NCBI RefSeq assembly: GCF_009834535.1
Contig: NC_045696.1
Location: 97,652,001-97,716,000, forward strand
Length of the DNA stretch: 64,000 nucleotides
Reading direction: 5' to 3'
Source: Camelus ferus
Lineage: Eukaryota
Part shown: positions 1 through 10,599 of the stretch, in pieces
Position numbering within the stretch: the first letter of the stretch is position 1
How the letters are laid out: the number at the start of each line of letters is the position of its first letter
The notes under the pieces: generated by a model
What the model was told of the DNA's origin: nothing
What the model saw: only the letters and a program-made list of their open reading frames with translations
Databases searched by the model: none
Made by a program: the position numbers and the translations under genes

Positions 1-47
1 TACTCATCTGATCATATAGACCATTTCAGAGGGTGGGAAAGTTTCTG

Positions 48-300
48 CAGTTCTCAGAGACTGGACCCTGAGCCAGCAGCGCTGGCCTTTCCTGGGAACT
101 TACTAGAGATGCCCCCCTCCCCCGCCACGCCTACTGAGTCAGAACTTCAGGGCGGGAATAAGCCCTCCAGGTATTTTTGGTGAATACTCAAGTTTGCAAA
201 CACTCCAGAGAAGTGGTTCTCAAATCCGCCTACTTCTTAGAATCACTTGGTGAATTAAAAAAAAAAAATGCACTGATGCCTGGGCTCCAATCTCCTTTAA
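48..300. mobile_element. MER5-family hAT elements (two adjacent fragments)
   Basis: cctgggaacttactagagatgc...cctactgagtcagaact...aagccctccaggt, then agtggttctcaaa...agaatcacttgg. Confidence 0.65.
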
Positions 301-799
301 TTAAATCAACTTTTCCGTAGGTGGACAGAGGAATTTAGAACGGTCTGACTCATCGCTCTCATTTTCAGGGAGGAAACTGAGGCCTGGAGACTGAGGCGCT
401 CTCCCAAGGATGCACGGAACCGGCCGACTCAGGCGGCGCCCTGCTCCGCGTCTGTCCCTGTCCCAGGAGGTACGCACACTGAGGCAGTGAACCCTGCGGG
501 CCCATGAAGTCCAGACAGCAAAGACGCGCGTGTTCAGCAGTTGCCAAGATCTCGGCATTTTCAGAAGCAGATCCTGGACATCAGCTCCCAGTGGATTTTC
601 CCCTTTGACCCAGTGTCTGCAGTGCCTGCTGCCTGTTTGCACTGAACTCAGTTCATGGCCCGTTCTTGAGAATGAGCTTAACCTTGCCTGGCCGGGGAAA
701 GCAATGGAGCTGTAGCGCGCGCGGGGCGGTCTGTGTGTGGACGCTTGGTGGGGGGTTGGAGTGGGTACCGGGCAGCAGAGCCTGGGGGGATGTAGGGTC

Positions 800-1040
800 A
801 GGGGAGGTGCAGGCTTGGAGCCAGGTGTCCTAGGTTTAATGCCAGCGCTGCCACCGACTCACTGTGTGACTTTGGACGTCTTGCTCAACCTCTTCGCGCC
901 TCAGTTGCCTCACTTCTCACTTATGGGTGATAATAATACATTACAACTCCCCCGGAGGCGAGGGTTGTGACTATTAAGTGGTTTTGATGCCCCCACGTCA
1001 AGACTGGCATGTGCATCAGAGCGCACACTCCACGCACGTG
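800..1040 (+). mobile_element. MIR SINE
   Basis: Core-like tgtgtgactttgga...aacctcttcgcgcctcagtt...atgggtgataataatac...gagggttgtga. Confidence 0.65.
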
Positions 1041-1091
1041 TCAGCTCTGAGCAGTTGGCAGGATGGGGGCAGATTGCTTAGGAATCTGGCT

Positions 1092-1235
1092 TTTCTTTTC
1101 TTCCCCTTCCTTCCTTCCTTCCTTCCTTCCTTCCTTCCTTCCTTCCTTCCTTCCTTCCTTCCTTCCTTCTTTTCTTCGTTTCTTTCTTTCTTTCTTCCTT
1201 CCTTTCCTTTCCCTTTCATTTCTTTCTTCTTTTTA
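1092..1235 (+). repeat. (TTCC)n microsatellite and CT-rich low-complexity tract
   Basis: Perfect ttcc run at about 1106-1168 with degenerate flanks. Confidence 0.95.
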
Positions 1236-1556
1236 CTGGTTTCTTCTTTTGTAATCCTGAGGTTGTCGAATTCTGCCTCTGCCTTCTGGCTTCTTCCACT
1301 CAGAATAAAATCATTAAATAGAAATAATTGGGAAATAAAAAGCACAGGAGTGAGCAACCAAGGGGACTGTGTGTGTGTGTGGTGAGGGTGCCTTTATATA
1401 AGCACTTTGAAAGACTGTATAAGAATACTGATTTTAGTTAGATGATCTGAGTTTCCCACATGCTTTTTATGAGGTCCCAAGGAATTTATTTATTTTTTCT
1501 AAGCCTCACTTTACTCTTATACAAAATGGGCTAATTATAGTTTCTTTATCATAGAG

Positions 1557-1815
1557 TTGTGTCCAATGAAAACAAATCTGGATTTAGAAAAGGAGAAACT
1601 TTATTCAAAAGGACTATTGCAACAGGAGAATTACCAGTCTCAGGAATCCGCTGGCATCTCAAAAACAAATGGAAAAGGCTTTTCTTTTACGGGAGGGGTC
1701 AGTAGTCCTTCACAGCAATGGACAGTTGGGAGAGCAACGGGGCATGATAGCCAGGGTCCGACAGGAACGGTCTCACTGTGGTCAGCCTATTCTATGATAA
1801 ACTGGTAAAGGGACA
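1557..1815 (-). mobile_element. Possible truncated ERV LTR fragment
   Basis: actttattcaaaaggactattgcaa (minus-strand poly(A) signal context) interrupting a MIR-like segment. Family not assigned. Confidence 0.4.
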
Positions 1816-2818
1816 CTTTAGTGAGGCAACTGAGGCACGAAGAGGTTCAGCAAGACATCCACGGTCGCAGAGTGAGTCGGTGGCAGTGCTGCTCCAGCAC
1901 CTGGTAGCTCATGCTCACTGTTGCCAATGAGACAGAGGTTCTGAGCTGAAGGAGTTCTCAGTCCAGAGGGAAAGAAGGAAGTGTCATGTGCTATAACTTG
2001 CAAACAGCAACCATTCTGACACACACAGGATGTCATGGGAGAACGTGGAGTTTGTCGGTAAGCTGGGGGTCCTATGACGAAGGAAGAACTGGGACAAGAT
2101 GAGAACTGAACTGAGTCTTGAAGGAGAAGCAGCAGTTACCCTGATGAATAAGAGGGAAAGTTCCCAGGCAGACAGCACAGGACATGCAAAGCCAGGGTTT
2201 GAAAGTGTGTGGGGTGACAAGGACAGCAGACAGTTACTGGATCCCCAAGTTCCAGGCAGAGCAAGGGCTGGATCTGCAGAGGTCAGTGGGGGCTGGCTGA
2301 TGGAAGCCATTGAAAGGGCAGGAGCATGGCAAGTTTTGTGTTTAGGACACAACTTGGCTCACTCCTAAGATTCTGTGTTTACTTAATGTAGATGATGACA
2401 TTTGCTGAGACAAGGATTTCTGGAGAAGAATGTATGGAGGGACTGGGAGAGTTCAGCTTAGAAGTGTTGCTTTGAGAGACCAATGAGACATTCAAAAACA
2501 GATAGTTAGCAGGCAGGGCAGTGGTTTGGGCTGGAGATAAAGACATGGGGGTCATAAACATAGTCATTAAACCATAGCAGTGAGGATCATCTCTGGAGTG
2601 CATTCAGACCAAGAAAAACAGTGCTCTGAAGTCAGGACATTTAAGGAGCAGAGTACTTTCTTTTCAATGCACGTGTGTCACTCGGTGATAGACAAATGTT
2701 TGTTTATGCACATATGTGTGCACTTAACCAATTACTGGGCACTTTCTGTATGTAAACACTGTGTTGTATCCAGGATAAAGAATGATGGCTCTTCTCCTTG
2801 GGCAGCACTTGGTCTAGA

Positions 2819-3045
2819 CAAGCGATTTTCAACTGGGGGTGAGTTTGTCCTCCCAGGGGACATTTGGCAATATCAGAGATATTTTTGGTTGTCACAGCTG
2901 AGAAGGAGAGACTGATTCTAGAACCTAGTAGGTAGAAGCCAAGGATGCTGCTAAACACCCTACAGTGCCCCGGGCAGTTCTCCTCACACCCGGCGAAGAA
3001 TTATCTCGTCCCAAATGTCAGTTGTGTGGAGGTTGAGAAACCCTG
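2819..3045. mobile_element. MER20 (hAT-Charlie) DNA transposon
   Basis: ggggacatttggcaat...tttttggttgtcaca...gccaaggatgctgctaaaca...cccaaatgtca...ggttgagaaaccctg. Confidence 0.88.
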
Positions 3046-3111
3046 ATCTCCACCAAAAGGACATGTACATGGTCAAGAAAACCAACAAGCCATTCCTTTC
3101 TCTAACCTCAG

Positions 3112-3702
3112 TAAGATGGCTTTGTAATGTGTCAACTCGGCTAGGAACTGCATTTCCCCAAGTCCCCTTTCCTGTATGTTTCCTGTTAGGGTGCAACACG
3201 AAGTCATTCCTGCAAGCTCTGGAGGGCAGGGGGGAAGCAGCAGTGCCTGGTAGCTCATGCCCGCTGTCACTGGTCTTCTGCCTCACCTCCCTGACATAAG
3301 GCAGCCGCTGGGTGAACAACTGCTCACCTACCCCAGGATTTTCAGCTTCTCTGGTCCCTGGACCCAGCACAACCTAGTATGTGTTTGGCTCCACGGTAAA
3401 GAGTCCCAGCTTCTGCAGGACACCCATACTATTGAAGCCAGAGGAAACAAGAACTGGCACGGGGTTCAGTCCATCCTCATGGGCTTCAGCTCATGCTGTG
3501 GCTTCCAGCTTGTCCGTGCTCTCTCACGCTTTATACCCATCTTCCCTTGCTGATTGCCTGGCCCGTGGACTTCAAGCAGCATCAGACACAAAGATATCAG
3601 TCTATCAGAGACTGCTTAACTAGCTCCCACAGCAAGTAAGGGCAAAGCCTTGTAATATATACGCTGACGGATCTTCAGCCTCTGATTGAACCATGGCTGA
3701 TA
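3112..3702 (+). mobile_element. MLT2F-like ERVL LTR
   Basis: tggctttgtaatgtgtcaactcggctagg...catttcccc...gttagggtg start and tgattgaaccatggctgata end. Confidence 0.75.
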
Positions 3703-5019
3703 TGCTGGGTTAAGGTCAGCGTCAGTCCATTAGTGTTTCTAACGCAGGGCAAAGTAGCTTTGTAGAAAGGCAGACTTTTTCCCCCACTGGGGCCAATCTC
3801 AATAGTCCTTTCCCATGAATTGTTCTAAACCCTAGACCTGTTCTTCTCTTTTTTCTCCCCCTCCTCCTCTTGCCTCTTCTCTCTCTCTCTTTTTCACTTG
3901 TTCTATTTCATGTTTTGGATGAATACACTCCATAGACTACAGTAGGTCCTTGAACTTTCTCTCTTGCACTTCAGGGGTGTGAGCCAAGGGAGTTATTCCA
4001 TGGTTCGTTGACTAAATATGAGTGCCCTTCATGGGCCTTTTTCATGAGATCCGTCCAAAGTCTTCAGTCATATACTGTTGCTACCTGGGTCTTTGTCGAT
4101 TGAAGGATTATGATGTCTGTCTTGAAATGTTCCTTCTGACATTTTTTTTTTTTTTTTTTTGTCTCCATCTGGAGATCCTCCAAAGACTTTGTGTCTTCTG
4201 GAAGCAGCTCAGAGCAGAGCTGCCCTCAGTCCTGGGGCAGACACCCTCCAGGGCTGGGACAGCGGGAGGAGAAGCCAGGTGCTATTTCCATGTCCTCTGT
4301 TCCACTCTTTGTTACAACTCCTTGCCTACAGCTGTATGTATGACTGGTGTGTTTGGGTAAAACCTGGCAATTCCTTTTCTCCCTTTTCCTCCCTCATCAC
4401 GAATAGCCCAGACTCATCAGCATATTGTGTGTATGTAGCTGGACGACATCTTGAGGAAACTGGTTTTATTTTTTCTTCCTAGTATTCCTCTTTCCCTTTC
4501 CCGCATTCAGGTGGGCCTTTCGCCTTGTGCTCAGGGGCCCAGTAGGATGCTGACACAGAGGCAAAACCCCAAGAATGACCCACATTAAAGCCTGGGCCAT
4601 GGTACTCAGAGTCAGAAACCAAAGGCAGTTATAGAAAAACACAGTTTTAACTTTTATACTCATGAATCTGTGTATTAAGATCACTCCAGCCCCCTGTTCA
4701 ATCTGTAACACAGAGGACCACTTCCTACTTACTTTGGCTGCTCATTTTTGAAGTCTTCTTACAGTTTGTTTCAAGACGAGGGGCACTACCTCACTCAGTC
4801 TGAGGGCCTAGGGGAGAAAAAATGGCCCCTGGGCACCTTCACTGACACAACAGATTTACTGAGTGCCTAGTGCTTGGTTCCCTGTTAGGTGCTGGGCATT
4901 TAGACTAGAATCAGATATTGTTCTTGCCTCAAAGAATTTGTAGTCCAAAGTGTAGGGATTATAAGTCATGTACTCAAGAAAGCAACACAAATTCGGTAAC
5001 TTCCATGAAAGAATTTTCT

Positions 5020-5925
5020 GGAGAGGGGTGGCCAAGGTAGCAGAACAGCAAGACCCTGAGCCCACCTCCTCCCAAGGGCACATCAAAATTACACTATTTA
5101 CAGAGCAACTCTCTGTGAGAATGACTTGAGGATTAGCAGAAAAGACTTTCTACAACTAAAGACTAAAGAAGAGATCACAATAAGACAGGTAGGCGTGGCA
5201 GAGGCACAGTATAGCCGGGGCTCGCACCCCCGGATGGGCCGTCTGCAAGCAGGAGGAATATCACATGGGAGGGCTCCTTCCGAGGAGCCAGAGGCCTAAG
5301 CCTCACGCCAGGCTCCCAGCCTGGGGTCCTGTACCAGGAAGACAAGCCCCTAGAACATCTGGTTTTGAAACAGAACACGGGGCTTATGCTGGAGAAAGCT
5401 GGGGAAGCAGAGACTCCACTCTTAAAGGGCACGTGCAAAATCTCATATGCTCTGAGACTCAGTACAGAGGTAGCAGTTTTAAAGGAACCTGGGTCACTCT
5501 CACGTGCTGATCTTGGAGCGCGTCCTGGAGAGTCAGGAGGCAACTAGGATTTCCCCTGGGGGTGGGGATGGTGGTCATTTGGGGGAGCTCATTGTGTTGT
5601 GACAACCCTGGCATTGACAAGTGCCATTTCAGAATCCTCCCTCCAGCCTGTTAGCACCAGGGACCTAGAAGTTAAAATGTTAAACTGTCTATTGTTAAAA
5701 TGTCCGTAATACAGTCTAAAGCAGTCTACAGATTTAAAGCAACCCCTATCAGAATACCATGACATTTTTCACAGAACGAGAACAGATAATAACAAATAAC
5801 ACTGAAATTTATATGGAACCACATAAGATCCTGAATAGCCAAAGCAATCTTGAGAAAAAAGAGCAACGCTGGAGGCATCACATGCCCTATCTTCAGACTA
5901 AACCACAAAGCTACAGTCATCAAAA
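5020..5925 (+). mobile_element. L1 remnant: probable 5' UTR (about 5020-5665) joined to an ORF2 fragment (about 5690-5925)
   Basis: 5690-5925 matches L1 ORF2 (atatggaaccac..aagatcctgaatagccaaagcaatcttgag...ggaggcatcaca...aaagctacagt). The upstream part resembles recalled laurasiatherian L1 5' ends. Confidence 0.65.
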
Positions 5926-6269
5926 TATTTCTTGAATGATTGATGGCTTTTCAATAGTCCTTTCACAGATGGGGAAACTGAGACTTAGAAAGTAACCATC
6001 CCAGGATCTCCAAACTGGTATGTGGGTGGTTGAGGTTTGAACTCAAATCAACTGGATGTATTTGACTCCATCTTAGTGCCTGACTCATATAAACTAAAGC
6101 TAATATCTTAGTATAACACATAGAATTGATAATATCAAGTCCCATAATCCTGGGCCACAGGCTGACAAGATTATTACCCAAATCATCTTTTTTAAAACAT
6201 TGTTTTTTATATTGTTTTTTCTTTGATCAAAGGAAGCAATTTGTAAAGAAGATGAAAATCTTTTGCTCC

Positions 6270-6895
6270 TCACTCTCAAAAACCACACAATCTTTATTAT
6301 ATTACCTCTGAATTTGGATTTTAATTTAATATACATAAGGAAACCCTAGCAAGACGGCAGGCCCAAATGCTAGTTACAAGTAATTCGACCATGTTAGCCA
6401 AAAAGACAACACATAAAGGTTATTTATGATACATCCATCGTTCTGTTTTTTTCTCATAAACCTTCAAAATGAAAATTGATCTTAGCTTCTCACTTTTAAT
6501 GTGCTCTCCTCCTTTGGCTTATGTAAAACTTCCAAAGATATCAACACCTCTATATACAAAGAAACAGTGTAGTGGTAAGCACAACCGTATGTATTTTTCA
6601 TGCTTAAAGAAAAAATTATAAAATATTTGCTTTGAACCTGCTCTTCAATTCTAAAAGGAAGCTAATTTGAAAGACTTAGAAATTTTACTTAAGTGGCCAA
6701 ACTATTTTTTTAATCTGAAACTGACATAAAATTCTAACTTGAGCTGAGCTGGTCGGAAAGGAGAAGGAACAACTCTGGCCTCCCTAAGCTTTGTCAGTCA
6801 GGAAGCAGATAGGAATTGGCAACCCCAAGAAGAGAAGAGTAATTTTAATGCTTCTTCTCACATGCCGACAAGTTAGAGCAGCTCATCGGAGAGGT
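6270..6895 (-). other. TM4SF4: TM4SF4 3' UTR (approximate end)
   Basis: AT-rich sequence after the stop codon, running to an AATAAA. Cleavage site inferred about 20 nt downstream. Confidence 0.7.
6293..6298 (-). terminator. Polyadenylation signal AATAAA of TM4SF4
   Basis: tttatt on + strand. On the minus strand it is followed by a GT-rich tract (gattgtgtggtttttg). ATTAAA variants lie at about 6320-6330. Confidence 0.7.
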
Positions 6896-6913
6896 TTAAA
6901 CTGGTCCATCTCC
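6896..6913 (-). CDS. TM4SF4: TM4SF4 exon 5 coding part (GDGPV-stop)
   Basis: ctttctctaccttctAG acceptor, then GGA GAT GGA CCA GTT TAA. Completes a 609-nt CDS. GDGPV is the recalled TM4SF4 C-terminus. Confidence 0.95.
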   Translation of the reverse strand, partial: GDGPV

Positions 6914-9742
6914 CTAGAAGGTAGAGAAAGTTAATCAATTACATCATTTTTTTTGACTTGCTTTCCTCCCCTCCCTTCCCCTCCCCATCACCCCTCTTAT
7001 TCCTGCCCATTGTTGATTACCTACTGAATAACTTCTATGCTTTTCTGACTGTGTTTCGGAGCTTTAATCTGACACTTTAGGTTTATGGCTTTAGGTTTAG
7101 GTTTAGGAGTTCATTTTATTTTCCATCATTTATTATTACAATTAATTTTGATCAGGGCCACAGAGGGCTCGAGGGATGAAGCTGAAGCCACAGTTAATAA
7201 GGAGAGAACCCAGGGAGACGGAACCCAGAGGCTGTGCTCCTTTCCCTGAATCCTCACTGCCTCCCCGATTTTCACCCTCTGAGTAAATAACAATGAGTGC
7301 AATGTGCCGAGTCCTCTCATTGTTGACCTGGAGGCACACCAATCACCCCAGGTTAGACGCCCACTCAGCAACCTTAGGAAGTAGGTTTAACAACCACATT
7401 TCAGACAAAGAAACAGTTGAGGGCAACTGACTTGGCTCAGACCGCAGGCATCGTTTCTGTCTGTTCCCTCATCGAAGGACCTTCTCAATAAATGCTTTCT
7501 GCCTGAATGGCTGGGTGTCAAGCTGCACATGCACTGTGGAAGTTCGGCAGGAGGCGGTGGGGAAATTAGACTCTGAGAGGTCAGCAGCCCAAGACTCTCC
7601 AGCCTGTCCTACGAGGGGAGGGAGGCTGACCAGCTGTGCCAGAGGCAAGCGGCCCACAGGAAAGGGATTCTCAGCAGGCTGGTCTTTCTCAACGCAGCGC
7701 TCACGTGCACTGACATATTTAGTAGGGAGGTTTCCTGATGTCTGCAAATTTCTTTCCAACGGTTCAGAAAGAGAGTGAGCAAATTCGTGGATCTAGGTGA
7801 AATGCACATGTGTTCCTTGTACTGTTCTGAATTTTACATAGTTTTGAAGCTATCCAAATAAAAAGATGGAGAAGGAAGGCAGGAAGGAAGGGAGGGAGGG
7901 GATTCTGGTGGTATCCGTTCACCCTCTGTGATTCTCCGGTGCCAGCTACACTGACAGCTGTGGAGTTCATCTACTGTCTTTTGACTATCAAGTGATTTAT
8001 TCATTAAAATTGCTAAATATGGCATCTGAATAGATGATAATCACTGAAAAGGGTCAATTTACTGCACGTATGCGTATGTTTTTAAATTTATAGACAATCC
8101 TCAGATTTTGTAAACTACTATTTTCTATTCTAACAGCAGTTTGTATTTTCAGCAAACTTGCAATGCAAATTTGCTACCTAACTAAAAAATATAACTTCTG
8201 TGAAAGCAGAAAAGGAAATACTACCAGTGTTTGAAATGAGTTAGCTGATTTAGCAAGCATGAATTAGAAGATTCAAATGCTTGATATTTTTAACTGCTAT
8301 CTAAAAAATAATTTTGATGGATTACTAACTGGTAGTTTTCTTTTCTACCCAATTGTGTTTTAAGACTAAAAAAATGTAATTTCAACACAATAGAACTGAA
8401 AATTTATAGAACAAAAACTCAGTAGTCAGTGAAATTTATTTGTAACACATGCATTTTACAGTTGATTTGGGGGTATTTTTTAATTTATATTTTTATACTT
8501 TAAAATATATGATTGTTAAAACTTTTTTGAATAATATAAGCTAGAAGGGAGGGAAAAAGTCAGTCTTTTTACCTACAAACAACTCTCATTTAACATTTTG
8601 GTTGCATTTCCTTTAGGTCTTTTTCTATTCATTGTGGTTTTTTTTTTTTTTTTTTTAATCTGTATATTCTGTATACATTTTTGTACCTTACTCTTTTGAA
8701 ACAACACTACCTCATAAGCATTTTCAGTATTCCTACAGTTTTGAACAAAATCCTTTTAAGGTAGGGGAATGAAAACAATAAAAAAGAAACTCTGGGAGGA
8801 TATATAAGAAATTATATAACTGCCTTAGCTGGCGAACTGAAGGAATTGGGAGGATGGAAGACAAAGGCGGGGCACAGATTTTCCAACTGAATACTTCCCT
8901 GGAGCATAACTGTTGACCTGTATACCTATCATACTTGTAGGAAATTTAAAGAAAATTATTTGAATCACTTAAAATTTGGACATAATATTATACTCAGTAG
9001 ATAGACCTTTACTTACAGTTATTTACATAAGTTCCCAATTAAGGAACTCTTGAGTTCTGTTTAATTTTTTCCCTCATACATCATCAACCTGTGTTTTAAA
9101 ATAACTTTGTGTGTGTGAATAATTGCCTGATCTGGCTTGTTCATTGGTTGAAATAATTGCCCTGTCTTACTGTCCCTAAGTTTACTTTTATTTTTATTAT
9201 TGTTGATAATTTACAGTCATATTTGGAGAGTAAATTCCTACTGATTCCCTTTTATTTTTTCCATGTAAGAACCATTTCTCTCTTAACAAATTTTCCAGAG
9301 AAAAGAAAATACCCTTTCCTATATTACTTGACAGCTTTAACCCATGTCGAGATCTCTTTAGGAAACAGGACATTTGGGGACAGACCATGATGTGTTAATC
9401 CTGACAATATGTGCATGTAACAGATGTCCACTTCCTGGGTATCTTCATGTCAACATTATAAGCCTCCATATATGTATGGAGTCCTTTGCCTCTAGGTCTA
9501 CGGTCAGCTGGTCTACAGTAAGACTGAAAACTTTGGTCAGCTTCAGCCTGGGTAGGTTGGCAAGCACAGAGGGCTGAACAATGGTCCTGTGTCCCTGGGC
9601 TGAGAGAGGGGCTGCCTGGACTTTCCAGCCGGAGGTGGGTTTTCTGCAGCCGCCGCCCTCTCCACCCCCAGATCCCATTAGTGCTGGTGGCCTGACCTGG
9701 CCTCCTGCATGGTGAGAAGAAAGGACAAAGATCTCAGCTTAC

Positions 9743-9932
9743 TCTACAGCAGCCACAGCAGCGGCAGTCTCCACACAGGGTCCCCAGGAGGCCGTTGATC
9801 ACCTGGATGGCACAGATGATCATCTGGACCACTCCGATGATCAGCAGGATGGAGAAGAGGGTCAGATTCCAGGGAATCACGTCTTCAGGCTTCTGGCACT
9901 TTTTCCATAACTCATTGTCATTGAGGTAGTCC
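9743..9932 (-). CDS. TM4SF4: TM4SF4 exon 4 (G + DYLNDNELWKKCQKPEDVIPWNLTLFSILLIIGVVQMIICAIQVINGLLGTLCGDCRCCGCCR)
   Basis: Absent from the ORF track and translated by hand. Acceptor caacAG at 9934-9933, donor GTAAG at 9742-9738, 190 nt. Phase fits exon 3. Encodes sequon N156 (NLT) and TM4. Confidence 0.96.
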
Positions 9933-10487
9933 CTGTTGGGGACATGGGGGAGAGAAAGGAGACATTAGTAAAAAGTATGCAATACCCTAGACTAAAAAGT
10001 CACCGGAATGATTTTCCTTCTGCAATACTATCCACCCAAAACATAAGCTCCGTAAGAAAAAAAAAATCCTATAGTAACCCTTCTAAAAGCAACACCTGAT
10101 ACTTAATTATTGAGTATATACTATGTGCCAGGTCCTGTCCTGAACATTTATTTCTTATAGAAACTTTACGGTTCTTTTTTTTCCATTTCACAATTAAGGA
10201 CATTGAGGCACAGAGAGGTGAAGTGACTTACTGCTAGGTCACACAGCTCCTGAGCTACAGAGTGCTTTCTGTGAGCTTACCCAGAGGATGGGTCAATTTA
10301 TTACCTATGAAATGGCCAAGAAAATGAAGACTTCAGGAGCAGAACCTCACAAATGTTCACAGCCTTTATCTTACTGTCATCATTAGGGACCATGTGGATT
10401 TCTGACAAATTATCTGTCACATCTAGTGGCCATCTGAAGCTGTGTCAAGTACAGATGGGTCATATAGCTAAAGGGAAGAGCTTGACT

Positions 10488-10599
10488 GTTTTTGGGGGTG
10501 GGTAATTAGGTTTATTTATTTATGAATGGATGTCCTGGGGACTGAACCCAGATCCTCGTGCGTGCTAAGCATGCGCTCTACCACTGCGCTCCTCTCCCC
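10488..10599 (-). mobile_element. tRNA-derived SINE (Vic-1-like)
   Basis: Same head and tail as the 55612 copy, reverse-complemented. Flanking repeat gagcttga at 10478 and 10602. Confidence 0.8.

Noticed and set aside
978..1385. ORFs of 135 and 113 aa with PSFL / KEGR repeats
   Set aside because: Translation of the (TTCC)n microsatellite.
7076..7107. (TTTAGG)n telomere-like repeat
   Set aside because: Only about four units and not TTAGGG. Ordinary microsatellite.
6908..9745. RGD motif created across the exon 4/5 junction (CCR|GDGPV)
   Set aside because: It lies in the cytoplasmic tail after TM4, so integrin-ligand function is topologically implausible.
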